Below, piece after piece: positions 12,862-33,287 of a stretch of DNA of 64,000 nt. The notes under the pieces were generated by a model. The model was not told the origin of the DNA, did no database searches, and was given only the letters and a program-made list of their open reading frames with translations. Every line of letters begins with the position of its first letter. Position 1 is the stretch's first letter. The stretch is from Chrysomallon squamiferum (lineage: Eukaryota; Animalia; Mollusca): contig CM022665.1 in assembly GCA_012295275.1 (NCBI GenBank), positions 47,740,001 through 47,804,000 of the forward strand, in the 5' to 3' direction. The translations under genes were made by a program, and so were the position numbers.

Positions 12862-15800
12862 ATGTTCCACTCGTCTCACATTCATGTTCCACGGAGCAGA
12901 CAGCCTGGCGCACTGAGAACTTTTGTTACCTCCTCATCATTCGGACCTCCAGAGGGCAAAGAACCGTTACGGAGGGCAATTCTCTTCTCTACAGTTGCCA
13001 TGGTTTTGTTACTGATAGGAAGCGTGCTAACATGGCTGGGTACTTTGTCACTTTTGTTTTTTTACATTATCCTGTAATATTAAATATTAACTGTGGCATG
13101 AAATTATTATTATTATAGGAAATGTGTTAATATGGCTCTAGTATCTATTGCCAGTAACAAAAATATATTACCTATTAATTGTTTATGAAATTATTATTAT
13201 AATTAGTATTATTGTAGAAAATGTGCTAACATGGCTGTATTGTTTATTACCAATAACAAAAGGATTTTATCTGTTAACTGTTTATCACATTATTCATTGC
13301 AACTGTTATTGCTGTTGTGTTCATGTTATTATTATTATATGTATTTTTTTCAGAAACAAATAATCTAGAAAATAAGTATTATATTACATTAGTTAGATAC
13401 TTAAAATAATTCATACAATTTTAAAATTGTTTAATTTACTTGTTTTTTTTTTACTGCAGTCATATTTGAAGGGGGAATATCTATCTATCTATCGCTCTAC
13501 ATATCTATCTGTTTACCTATTTATCTATTAATTTATTTTATTTATTTATCTATTTATTTGTCTTTCTAATTTATTTATTTATTTATATTTATTTATTTAA
13601 TTCCTTATTTATTTATTTATTTTTATTTATTTATTTATTTATATTTATTTTTTACTTATTTATTATCTTATTTACTTATTTATTTATTTACTTATTATTT
13701 ACTTATTTATTTATTTATTTATTTTAATTATTATTATTTTTTTTTACATATTTATTTATTTATATTTATTTATTTTTACTTATTTATTTATATTTATTTA
13801 TTTGTTTATTTATTTATTTATTATTTATTTATTTCAGGTTTTAACGACGTGTTTGGGGGGAGGGTTTCTATGACTGGGCCTCTTCTCATAGCTCTTGCTC
13901 TGCTGCTGCTGCTGTTGTCGATGAGGCAGTTCATGATTGCCAGGAAGCGCAACAACCACAACAGAAACAATGTTCAGGTGTTAACAGTACTTCATGTTAA
14001 AAAACATAGTTACAGTATAATACTCTTCTTTAAAAAAAATAATATATATATATATATATTATTTTAGTGATACCATTTGGCATGTATTAAAAATATGAAG
14101 TTATTTATTTAAAATAAGAATGAAGTGTTGATGCCATTTTTTGAACAATGTAGGCAAAATATTTATTTGAAAGGAGAAAAATTGATGTCTGATCTTTGAA
14201 ATATAAATTTATATCATCCTATCTTTAAATATACATTTTTCATTACTAATAATATATATATATAAAAATTTAGATTAGTAATAATAAAATTCATTATTTA
14301 TATGTTAAAATTCTCGCATATTAACAATTTTATTGGGTTAAATAAGATGGCAAGTATTTAAAGCATTGGCATAGTTAAAATGTAAAATGTAACAGTGACA
14401 CAGCTAAAATGTATCAATGACACAGCTAAAATGTAAAATGTAACAATGACTCAGTTAAAATGTAAAACCTAACAATAACACAGTAAAAATGTAACAATGA
14501 CAAAGTTAATGTGTAAAATATAACGACACAGTTAAAATGTAAAATGTAACAACATGTTTTATAAATCCACAGCTTGGCTCGGTGAATCCAGGCACACTGA
14601 CCACTGTGGTTGTAGACAGGAACGATGGCGTTGGTGCAGTGACAGTTATCATGGATTCCGTTAATGTAGACCAAAGTCCTCAGACCAGGTACCAAACTGT
14701 TACCTTTTCACTCATTTAGAAAAACACTGTCATAATATCTCTGTGTGTGTCAGTGTGTGTGTGTCTGCTTATCTTCTATCTGTCTGTCTGTACATTTAAC
14801 TGTATCTCTCAATATGTTTCTCTATGTATATCTGTATATCTCTGTGTACGTAGTGTGTGTGTCTGCTTATCTTCTATCTGTCTGTCCATTTAACTGTATC
14901 TCTCAATGTGTTTCTCTATATATGTATATATATATCTGTATATCTCTGTGTACATAGTATGTGTGTGTGTGATTTGTTTATTTACTTCATCTACTATCTA
15001 TGAATTAAGGTAAATGATATTTATTAAAATTACAAATTACATATTCTGCTGATAATGTAATTATGTTTACCTAAATCTTTCTAGAGTGATGTTTCATGTG
15101 GTTTGTCTCTATAAAACTGTTTCTAGAGAGATGTTTGATGTGGTTTGTCTCTATAAAACTGTTTCTAGAGAGATGTTTAACGTGGTTTGTCTCTATAAAA
15201 CTGTTTCTGTGTTTCAGACTGTATGCTGATGACTATGCACCTCCATCATACAGTGACGTCACATGTTGGCATGGCGACGAGCCCCCCCCGCCGTACGAGG
15301 ACGCGGTCCAAGGCCAGCACCCGCCGGGCGTCCTGCCAGGCTACCAGGAGCAGGACTCCGCTCCCACAGCCGCGCAGACGTTCACCGACAGCTCGGTCAC
15401 CCACTCCAGCAGCTTTCACAACACCGCGCCCTCCGACCACGCCCCCGCCTGTTGTCACGGAGACCACCGTTCCAGCTGTCCGTGTTGCCAGTCGGCCGGG
15501 ACCGACCAGCAGCAGACGTCTCCTACGATCGGTGGGGGAGTGCTGCCCCCTGTGTCCAGCCAGGACTGGTCGGCCACTGACCAGTTCTATCTCATCCCGC
15601 AGATGCTCGGCCTGATGCCCAGCCCCCAGAAGCAGCACCGGATAGGCGAGGTGCCCCCGGCCTACCAGGCCCTGGCCCTGCGTGGTCGGCCGCCTCCCAT
15701 GGCCTACACCCAGGCTGTGGCCGTGAGTTCGAACCCAGACACGGGTCAGCGGTCAGAGAGCAGCAAAGAGGAGACGTCTGGTGGAGGGGACTCGGTGGAT

Positions 15801-15992
15801 AAGTCAGAGCAGCCGGTCAGAGAAAAGACTGAGGCGAAGCTGGTGGACAGTGTGTTGTCCGAGGATGGTGAGACCACGTCGTGTTCAGACCAGTGTCGTG
15901 TAGAGAGGCCGGACGTAGCAGTGAACGTCGGCCTCAACGTTGCAGGTTCGTCTTCTGTGGTTCCAGTCATTGACGAGTTGGAGAATCTGTAG
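12862..15992 (+). CDS. Two-pass membrane protein with a proline-rich PPxY cytoplasmic tail (TMEM171/TMEM174/TMEM51-like architecture), ~402 aa, 4 coding exons
   Basis: Exons 12862-13039 (phase 1), 13838-13977 (phase 0), 14573-14688 (phase 2) and 15218-15992 join in frame. TM1 AILFSTVAMVLLLIGSVLTWLG, TM2 GPLLIALALLLLLLSM, then a basic stop-transfer ARKR. Tail contains APPSY, PPPPY, LPGY and VPPAY. Family assignment is from architecture only. Confidence 0.75.
14372..14552. repeat. ~22-29 bp degenerate tandem repeat next to an acceptor
   Basis: taaaatgtaaaatgtaaca(a/g)tgacacag copies ending about 20 bp before the exon at 14573. Confidence 0.75.
15078..15208. repeat. 42-bp tandem repeat (3 copies) abutting an acceptor
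   Basis: tgtggtttgtctctataaaactgtttctagagagatgttt(g/a)a. It produces the spurious MWFVSIKLFLERCL repeats at the start of ORF 15096..15992. Confidence 0.9.
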
Positions 15993-16259
15993 AGAGAGAG
16001 AGATTTGTTGTTTTTGTGTGTCTCTGTGTCTCAGTTGTTTTTTGTTTTTTTAAATCCTTCTACATGTTGGTTTTCATTTTAAGTCCCACAACATGTTGGT
16101 TTTAATTTTAAATCCTTTGGAATTCATTGTAAATCCCTGATCATGATGGTTTTAATTTGTTTCTATTTTATATATATATATAAAAGATCGGTTTTATTTA
16201 TTTATATGTATGTATGTGTGTGTGAATGTTCATCTGTTTGTGTGTGTGGTGTGTGTGAC

Positions 16260-16290
<31 letters not shown>

Positions 16291-16812
16291 ATGTGTGCGT
16301 GTGTATAAATATATAACATATACATCCAGAAATGATTTTTATTTTCTTATCTTTAATATGGAGTATTCTGTGTTTATTGTTTGATCTGTCATGTTGCTAA
16401 ATCTTACAGAGAAATGCAAAACACTTTTAACTTACATCGTTTATAGCTATAGGATGCTGTGGCTCATGTTTTAGTGGTTTTTATTTTTGATAAATATTTA
16501 GTTTATTTATTTTAATTTATTGATGGCAGCTTGGATGTAAAAGTTATTGCCCTTTTACATGTAAGAGTTATTGCCCTTTTCACAAAAAAATTCTGACTGA
16601 GTTAAGATGACTCAAAAAGAACTCTGTGGTTTACATGTTTTAATGTCAGCAGAATCAAATGTCAAAGTTAAAAACTAGCTGTCTGTAATAAATGTAAAAA
16701 GTTTTTCTTCTGTCACGTAAAATATATTTTTATCACAGCCAGATGACAGAAAACACTGGTGTAGAGATAAGCCTGTTATTATTATCATTATTATTTTTGT
16801 CATTATTATTAC

Positions 16813-16843
<31 letters not shown>

Positions 16844-19289
16844 GACATAATTATTATTAAAAATATTATTATTACTATTATCATTATTATTATCATTATT
16901 ATTATTATTATTATTATTATCATTATTGTTTACTAGTCTTCTGTTGATGGAATATTTAGTTACTTACGTAATCTATGATTTCTGTTACCTTAGACATAAT
17001 AACTACTAAAACAAAAATTCAAAGATTTTATATCTACATCATGCCATTGAAAGTTTTTAACATTTTTTAATTAACTGGGTTTTTTTTTTTAATTTTTGCA
17101 ACTGGTTTTTATACTGTGATAAAAAAATGTGAAATTCTTTTTCAATCAGGGCAGTTAAAAAATGCATTGTTCAACAAATGTGATGTTTTCTTTTTTAGTT
17201 GTTCTTCTTTATTTATTGGGCCAATTGTGTATAAAGCAAAAATTTGTGATGTGGTAGGGGCAGGGGAAATTTAGATAATGTGACAACATGAGTTAGAACA
17301 CACACAAACACGCACACACACAGACACACACACACACACATACAGACACACATATATAAACACACACACAAACACGCACACACACAGACACACACGCATA
17401 CACATACAGACACACACACAAACATAAACACACACAAAAATACACACACATACATATATAAACACACACAAACACACACTCATATATACATATCTTCAAT
17501 ATGACATGATATCCCATGCTATATCACGTAATATTTCTTGTAATATTACATGATAATATAACAGTATCACATGATATCTCATGTAATAGCAGCTGATATC
17601 TCATGTCATATCATCTGATATCTCTTCTGATCTCATGTAATATCAGCTGATATCTCTTCTAATATCACGCAATATCATGTGACATCTCTACTCAGACTTG
17701 TCCAGTATTTGTTTACCTCTGACTGCCATTAACACATGGGTACTGAAGAAGCTTTATTATTTCTGTCTTATAGGGCTAACACACAGATTAATTACTGTCA
17801 TTAACTGTTCTGTTCATTTTTCTAACCTGCGTTTTTAATCATCTCCCCATCACCCACTAAATAACTGTGTACAGTCAGTGTAAGAAGATATAGGAAGCTG
17901 ACAAGAGAGGTTTCACCATTCAAACATGCTTATATGTGCTAATAAAGAAAATATAAACTGTACATGTATTTTAATCATGCATGTGGTTATGGGTGACAGG
18001 TTCCTAATACAAAACAAAATGTGATGCACGTATTTTCTAAACATATTTTTAATTTTATATATTTTGTATACATCTCTCTGGTATCAGGTTAGGGGAAAAT
18101 TCTTTTTTTTAAATATATTTTTATTTTTATTTTTATTTTTTGCAGTATTTATCCCTCTAAACGCAACCCTGGATCTGTTATTGATTTTGTTTTGTACTTG
18201 GTGACAGTCTGTTATTTGTTAATACTGATTGTTTGGTTATTGTCATTGTTTAGGTCATTTTAACTTGTATAATTTGTATAAAAAATTTGTTTTATTCAGT
18301 TCTGCTTCAGATTATGATTGTCTTTGAAATACAAATTTACACAGTTTGATTTTAATACACTAAAGAATACACTTTTATTCAAAAGAAATGAAATAATGAA
18401 AGAATATTATAATAAATTTGTAGTTCTTAAATTCAAAAAAAAATGTATATCTATATGTGTATATATTTGTTGACACCGTTATTTACAGGTGATCAGAACA
18501 TACTTTTTATTTTTATCTTCATTATATACATATATAAAATATTTATTTAAAAAGATGATGAAATTAATTAAGATATATTATTTTATGGAGATCAATCTAA
18601 ATTTAACATTTTGGTGATTTTTTGAACTTTGAACAGAATAATAAAACAGAAATTGATTATGTGTATATATTTTAATATGATCATGTTTTAAGAAAAGATA
18701 TTTATCTACATTGTTACTGGTAACTAATGGTTACCTTAATTTCAGTATTTACCCCTGACTCAGTCTTTGTAATAGTTAACCCAATTTTATTTTATTTTAT
18801 TCTAAAATAATTTACCTGCTTGTAGTTTTCATCAAGCCAGTATTTCACCTGTTACTATCTACAGTGATGTCACTTAATGTCTACGTTGATTAATATTTAT
18901 CTGGACAGGTTTATGTTAAGGGACCTGCAATTATGGATTTGTTAAAGAACTAATGTTACTGCATGGAATAAAAGAAATTTGTTTACTTTGTAAAGGTCAG
19001 CAGGTCACCTTGTGTTAAACTGTTGTGATGTCATTGTAGTATGACATCACAGCAGTGTTTTAATGCAGGGCAGAGAGCAATGTTTTGTAATCTCCATGTC
19101 ACCATGACATTTGACCTCCCTGCATCATTCACCATTTTTCACCATTTTGTGTGCTTTTGTACATTTAGAAATAAGTATATTAAATTATTAATCTGGAAAT
19201 TTATGTTTTTTTTCAAATTCCATTAAGTTTAATGTTATTGTTGTGTTCATAAAAAAAAAAAAACGACATTAAAATGTTCGTTAATCTTC

Positions 19290-20010
19290 ACTGTAGTTAT
19301 TATATTGCAGTGTTTAAACACATTTAAATTACAATTTTTATGTTAAATACAAAACATTTAAACTACTGACTTCATGTTAAATACAAAGCATTTAAAATAC
19401 TGTTTATTTTAAATGCAATACATTTCAATTGTTGTGTTTATGTTAATACTGTAGATTTATAATTACTCTGTTTATGTTGAAGATGATACATTTAAATTAC
19501 TGCATTTATGTTAAGCACAATACTTTCAAATTACAGTGTTTATTTTTAACAGAATGCATTTAAATTTTTATGATCCCTGTATATGTTAAATTATTATGTT
19601 TATTGTAAATCATTATATTTATGTTAAATCATTGTATGTGTTAATATATGTCTAAAATCACTAATTTTGTCAAATTTCTATGTTAAATTATTTTGTTGAA
19701 TCACTATGTACCATAGTCTGTTTTAAATGTTTATTTTAAATTACTTTGTTGCCTATGTTAAGTCACTTTACTGTAATCACTATGACTGATCACTTTGTAT
19801 ATGTTAAATCACTGCCTCTGTCAGATCACTGAAAATGTCTATGTTAAATATATGTGTTTATGTTGAATCATTATTACTGTGATGTAAATGTCTATGTTAA
19901 ATCACTCTCACTATGGTGTAAATGTTTTATGTTAAATCACTATCACTATGGTGTAAATGTTTTATGTTAAATCACTCTCACTATGGTGTAAATGTCTATG
20001 TGGAATCACT
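19290..20010. repeat. Degenerate tandem repeat (tatgttaaat-core units), with the best-conserved ~33-bp copies at 19860-20010
   Basis: Recurrent tatgttaaatcact(c/a)tcactatggtgtaaatgt units that become more degenerate leftwards. Confidence 0.65.
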
Positions 20011-20379
20011 AAGGGGAAGCAATACTTGTGTTTATCCGTCCTACACTTCTTTAGTCTGTAACAGCATTTGTATGTTTTTGTGTCTGTCCACTGTGTTAAT
20101 ATTAGTCTGATTATTAATCATTCTAGATAGGTTCTCATTGCATAAAGTATGTGTGTTTCTGAGGTGTGTGTGTGTGGGGGGGTGCGCGCGCGTGTGTGTG
20201 TTCATTGCTAGATTAGTATTATTAAATATCAAAATATTGGAGTAAATTGTGCTATAGTTATACATTTTATTATTTATATTTTGTTGTTGTTGTTGTTATT
20301 ATTATTATTATTTTGTATCTTATTTTGGATATCAAAACTACATTTTGATTCAACAGGAGTTTTAGAAGTATACATTAGT

Positions 20380-20411
<32 letters not shown>

Positions 20412-23400
20412 TTTTGTTGTTGTTTGTTTGCTTTAACTTAATTTTAAAGATTTTTCTTAATTCAAATTTTAATTATTAAAACCTTCTTTTAATTTTTCCT
20501 GCATTGTCAGCTTAAGATTATCAATAGAATTTTGATTAATCTTTTTTTTTTTTTTTTAAACTATTTTCAAAAAAGTTGCAATGGCGCTATTTATGTTTTA
20601 TTTTTTATTTACAGTTTTGTTTTTATAATGAAAATATTTGAATATTTTTATGAAATTAATGTTCTAAATATATCTATATTTTGAAAATGAATGATTTATC
20701 TGTAAACCTGAATGTATGAACATTGTGTTGTAACTGCATTTTTGTTGTAATTGTAATCTAAACATGGTCAGTTTACTAAAACGATAAATGTAAATGAGAA
20801 TAGTGTAAAAAATAAATAAATAAATAAATAAAACATTAATAATTAAACTGTAAATTTACAAATTGTGTAAAACATTATTTTATACAGTATTTTAACCTAC
20901 TGTAAAAATGTAATACAGTGAACAGATGTTAATGATGATGAAGAAGCTAAGTAATAATTTTAAATATGTTTTTATATTCACTGAAACTTCAAGGTCTCTG
21001 TTTAAGAGAGAGAAACCTGGATGTGTACTGTGGTTAGTAAGTTAGTAGATTAGTTAGTAGGCAAGAATATGCATTAGTGTATGTATGTATGTATGTCTGT
21101 ATGAGTGTGTGTCTGCAGTTAGATTTTGATACTAGGCTTTACAGGAATCAATCAAACTAACTAATAATTTTCAGAGTAATTTCTGAATATCTTTTTTTTT
21201 AAGACAAATATTCTAGCCTGTCCTGATATATTTTATATATAATTTATATTTAATAAAATAAGTTTCAAAATTAATGTTAAAAAATTAAGATATATATCTG
21301 AAGTTTGACTTTGATACAAGTTCATTAAAAAGATTTGATCCAAGAACCTGTCAAACTAAAGTATTCTCTAAATATCTTTTTTTTAAATACAGTATGTATT
21401 TTGTGGAGTTACATATTTTAATTTGCACCCCTACATAACTCATATTACATTCTATAAAATAATTTTCATTAAAAATTAATGATTGAAAAATATAGATATT
21501 TCAATATTATTCAGTGTATTGTAGTATTTCACTTGCTCAGTCTGTGTAGATTTTGTGAAACTGCTCATTTTTTAACATGTTAAAACAGTCGTAAAGGTGC
21601 CATGTACGTCATTAGATGTGTTACAGTAGTACAGAACTGAGGAACAAATTTGAGTATTTTAAATCAGAATAAATAAACAAGTATAAAATACACTGGCCCA
21701 TCCCTACACTGCTCTGTGTATTTCTATATGGCATAGCACTTGTAGACAGTTCACCAGTATATCAGTGTCATCAGATACTGACAGTGAACAAAAACATTCA
21801 GAACTGTGTATTTTAATATGCATAAAACAAAATATTATAAAATGTACCTTTTATGTTGCCAGCAAAGAGCCTAACAAAATTAAATATACTTCCAAATGAC
21901 CATAATGAGGACCATACTTTGCTAACTATAAAGTATGACTGTGCTGTACATTTCAGAGATTTGTTGAAGTGGTAAATTGTCTGGGTGTGCTTGTTTATTT
22001 TATTTTATTTTATTTTATTTTATTTAAATTAAAATATTTACAAACTGACTGACACTGGCAAAGGTTATTATTGTTCTTTATGATTATCAAAGACTTGCCA
22101 TCATGAATAAATAAAACGTTCGCGTACAGGTGTACTCAGTTGATTTAGTCTTTTTGTTAATCCAACATATAAATCCCTTACAAGTAGTGTACACACACAA
22201 ATTTAATCACATTATTTGTCAGCACTGCCAAAGATGTATGCGTATTCGTTACAGAGAGAAAAGAAGTAAAATAATATATTTTAAGAAAATTTAGGGAGTG
22301 TGTACATTTAGGCGAGTACCTCTACGCTATAAATCACCTTTGTGTTTAGCTTAAGACGCTGACGTTCGCTCATCATACCATTGCCTTACGATTGTGCTTT
22401 GTGACCCTGTGTATGCTAAATAAATGTTTTGTGTATTGAAAGTGTTTGTTCTTCATTTTCGTACTCTCTTTTACAAAACGTGTCAAAAGTGTTCGTGTCA
22501 AAGTTGTTGTCAGTTCAAGTACGGCTGGCGTGGTTACAAGCTGTGACACGTTTAGTTGTTTTCTTGAGATAATGTAACGAGTGGTTAAACCAAACTTGTA
22601 ATTTTCAACGTAATTTTACGTAATGCTGTAACGAAAAATAAAAGTTAATAATTAATAAATAAATGAAATTTAATAATTATTAGTTTTCCCCCACCTACAA
22701 GTAGCGAAATTTCCTGAATAGGTATTTGTTCAAAACGTCACTTTTACTAGTGACGTCATTGTTCGCGAGCAAAGTTTCTAAGAGCAAGATGCTAAGATGC
22801 AACTGATACCATTTTCTTCTGCTGTTTTTCTCTTCTCTTCTTTCTTTTTCTTCTCTTTCTTTTCATTCTTTTGTTCTTCTTTTTTTATTGATTGATTCAT
22901 TCATTATTCATATCCAAAGGTAAGAATTAACTTTGTAAGAATTCATGAGTTCTGTCAAAAAGCAATATTACAATAATATAGTTCTTATAATACCCATCTT
23001 ACCTTTTTATTACGTAATAATATTATGACGTCATAATCACGTTTAGTCATGGCCTCGAAAGAACGTTCGAACAGGTAAATAATTTATTTTCTTATTGCTC
23101 CGTTAAAAAAAAACATAAAATAAAATAAATAAATAGAAAAATTAATAGAATTTTTTTTGAATAATACAATTTATAAAATTTATTTGATACTACCAGAATT
23201 AATGTATGAATCAATACAATCACCTGGTCTGTACTCTTTGAATCAGATCAACCAACATTTCTTGTAGTCGGTGTATTTTGTTAAAGTGTTTTTTGAAATA
23301 GACCAACTTCGTGTTATACTTAACTGCAGAATTTTTCTTTCTTTATTTATTTTCCTGTTTATTTATTTATTTATTTTAACCAACCCAGGATAGTCATAAA

Positions 23401-24018
23401 CGTATTTATCGAGTATTTGCGTGCTTTCGTTTATGTGTATGTTTTATGATATAACATTTGGTAATAATACTATTTTTAAGTTGAAAAAAAAATATAATTA
23501 AAATTATCTAAATAAATTTATTTATCAATTTATTTTTTTATAGTTGTTGTTAATTAATTAATTTACTACTAATCAAATGTTTCGACAAATATTATTTTAA
23601 TAATACATTAACTTGCATAAAATAGATAACAATAAATATTTATATTTTATCGTAATTATTCTTATCTCGAACGTTTTGCTTTCGGTAGTCGTATCAAAAA
23701 GGCATATTTGACTGAGTCCTTGACTTAACTATTTTTCTCGGTTTAACATTAATAATTATATTTACATCCAATGTCATTATATATTAAACTTCTGCTCGGT
23801 TAGAAACATGTTTTCATATTTAAACGTACTCGTTATAATAATCTTAAATATATTTTTCTTTTCTTTCACAAATGTGCACAAAAATCGATTCAACTGGACG
23901 AAATGAGTCGTCTTTTCCTGTTTGCCTCAGTCTGTACAGAGTTTGTGTGTTTAAAAGTCTCGACTGGGAAACTCGGTTTATTATCATTATTATTATTATT
24001 ATGATGATGATGACGATG

Positions 24019-24064
<46 letters not shown>

Positions 24065-24450
24065 GAAGACATTAACCTTCTATTGTGCTAATTCAAGTTG
24101 TATATGAATAATATGAGGACATGAGATTAAAATACTTAATAATACATCACATTCTAATCTAAATAACCTTCATTTAATATTCTGGATAAAAACACAATAC
24201 AGTGAGCTGTAAGACTGAACACTGATTCATAACCCCTAAAATAATAATAATAATAACAACAATAAAGTTACCTCAAAACTTACTGAAACGCAAATTCTGA
24301 GAATAAAAAAGCATCCGAGAATTTGTAATAATTGTTGTTCTTGCTAGTTTGCAGAGAACGCTGGGAAGTAATATATATATATTAATTTAAATGGAGGTAA
24401 TTATGTTCAAGCCATGTGTTGACACAGTCTCTGTGTTTAATCTTGCTGAG

Positions 24451-30646
<6,196 letters not shown>

Positions 30647-31519
30647 CGTGGTTAGCGGCGGCTTCCTTCTCTCTGCTGTCTTCAGACAACCCCCCTGCTT
30701 GTTACAGTTACAGGTGTTTTCTGTGTTGGCTTAACTAGGTTATCGCTGAATGTAACCCCAAACCAACCCCTTGTTTCTTCTTTTTGGCTACCGTTTATTT
30801 ACAGACGTGATTATGTGTATCATGTTATACTGACGCATTAACAATACACCTACTCCCTTTTTATCAAAGCGAGTGACCGATTTTACTGGAATTAAGTTAA
30901 TTAGGCTGCAGGTCAATACTACCATAAAAAGAAGAAGAAAAAATCAATAAATAAAATCTTTATTCTCAGAATTGAGGCCATAACGAGTGCAACGCCCGCG
31001 AATGACGCACAATTCACAGAGAGGCTGCTGCTGCAGACGTCCTAGTTTTTGATAATTGTAAGACGGGACACACAAAAGATGTCACAAAGGCCTCAACACA
31101 CGTAAGTTCGCACCGCTGAAAGCAACAGATGTCGAACGACAAATGACGCAACTCGTTAGCCATGAATGTCGTAATTTACATTAGTGGGTTTTTGTTGTTG
31201 TTGTTGTCTTCTTTTTTTTTTTTTTATTTTTATTTTTATTGTTATTGTTATTGTTACTGTTATTATTATTATTTATTTTTTTTTTTTTTTTTTAGTTGCT
31301 ATTTTCTTGTTTTGTCCGTTCTGGCCGATACACTTAACTTAAATAGTGTCCCCCTGCTCAGCAGGATTACAGGTTCACTCCTCACTGTGCCACCCCCTAA
31401 CCAAACTTTTACATCACTATTACACCGTGTGTTGAATTCCTCACTGTAGCTTCTCATCAACATTATCAACAACAAAATCATCTTGCCAGCACGTGTTTGT
31501 TGCTCTGAGATATCTGGAA

Positions 31520-31668
31520 GTGGTGAGATGTGGCTTACATCTGACTGTGGTCCCAATAGTTTTAGGATCGAACCTCCGTGATGGAACTCATTTAATTATG
31601 TCAGTTGTTCCAGCCAGTGGTTAATAACTAGTGGATCAAAGAATCGTGCTCTGTGCTATCCTGTTTTC
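31520..31668 (+). mobile_element. Degenerate tRNA-derived SINE fragment (head/core)
   Basis: Box-B-like taggatcgaacc at ~31563, followed by ttccagccagtg...gtgctatcctgt. This resembles a gastropod SINE body as I recall it; not verified by search. Confidence 0.4.
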
Positions 31669-32089
31669 TCTAGTAGAACACACATTTTAATTTATCATTT
31701 TTTATATACTGTTAATAAGAATAATATCAGAGATCTAGTATGAGTGATTTTATGATATGTAAAGCAAAGTGGTCACAAATATGCACACACATACACACAC
31801 AGCAACACACACAGATACATACACAGTCAGAACCACACACTCGCACATACAACATACAGAACCACTTCCCCACAGATAACCTTGCTGTTCAGTAGTATTT
31901 ATATCAATACTGAGTATCTAGATTTATCTGAAAGCTGCAGTGAACTGGTTTTAAACCAAAAAAAAACAACAAAACAACTATTACTTTATTTATCACACGC
32001 AGGTTGTTTTTATAAATCAAATACTTTTCTTTATCACTTCATTAATACTTCGTTATTTTATTATTAGCAACTGAAGGCATCAAGAACCA

Positions 32090-32122
<33 letters not shown>

Positions 32123-33287
32123 CATATCAAAATAAAATGCAATTAAGATATTCAGCAGTAGATACACAAAACAAAATTATCATTTGAAAGTTTCATATTT
32201 TCAACAAATTACACCATTTGTTAGTATGACCACAGCAATGTTTCAAAACTGCTTGAAAGTTATGAACAAAAAATTAAATTGGAAACACACAGCAGGTACT
32301 TATACTACTTCAGTGTGAATTAAATAACGTTATCAATACTTTACTGTCAACACTTTCAATGTAGATTTCTTTTACATTTATGATAATTATGATATATATA
32401 CAAATACAGACACATATACAGACACACACACACACACATATACACATATGTATATTTAGTGAATAAATGATTTGCATGTAATTATGCATATGGTATTTTA
32501 ATTATCATCAATTTTTCAACTCTTTTTTTTTTATGAAACTGAACTTAGTAAAATAAAATTAACATTTCTCTGTGAACTCTTTAACTGATTATTTCAAATT
32601 AACACAAAAATAATAATAAACAAAATTTCTATGTTAACCTTTTTAACTGAATTTCTTAACAATACAGATTTAACTGATTATTTCATGTTAACACTACAAT
32701 AATGAACAATATTTCTATGTTAACCATTTAGCTGAATTTTTTGACAATACAGATTTAACTGATTATTTCATGTTAACACTACAATAATGAACAATATTTC
32801 CGTGTTAACTGAATTTAGCTGAATTTTTTTTAACCCTTTAACTGATTGTTTTCGTGTTAAAACTCTAATAATAATAAACAACGAATCTGCTTAGCCTAAA
32901 TTATTAACAAAACAGATTAATCTTTCAACTCTGTAACTTACGAGTTTCTGGTTAAAACTTTGGTAATGAAGACTATGTCTACATTAACCACTTAGCTGCT
33001 CAAGTTGAAGTCACAAACACAGTAATGATAGGGTAACGTACACTTGTTAACCCCTATAAGACATTTTATGCTATTTGTCAGTCTACTGTATAAAGTCAAT
33101 AATAATAAAAAAAAGCACCTTTCTCTGTTAATCCTTTAACTCTGGAGTTGGTCAGCAACACACTAACACAACAGACGTGTGTTTTTTTGTTTTTTTTATA
33201 CACACAGCTGCTTAGTTCATCAACAGTGAAAAAAATAGGACAAATAAAAATTAAAGTCGTGTCACCATGGTGATGAGCACACCCTCC

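Noticed and set aside
15223-15970. Overlapping alternative-frame and antisense ORFs in the GC-rich last exon of the TM gene
   Set aside because: This is an expected by-product of high GC3, and there are no independent coding signals.
16000-24400. Hidden gene between the TM gene and DAPDC
   Set aside because: Only low-complexity ORFs and degenerate repeats are present, consistent with long convergent 3' UTRs and intergenic DNA.
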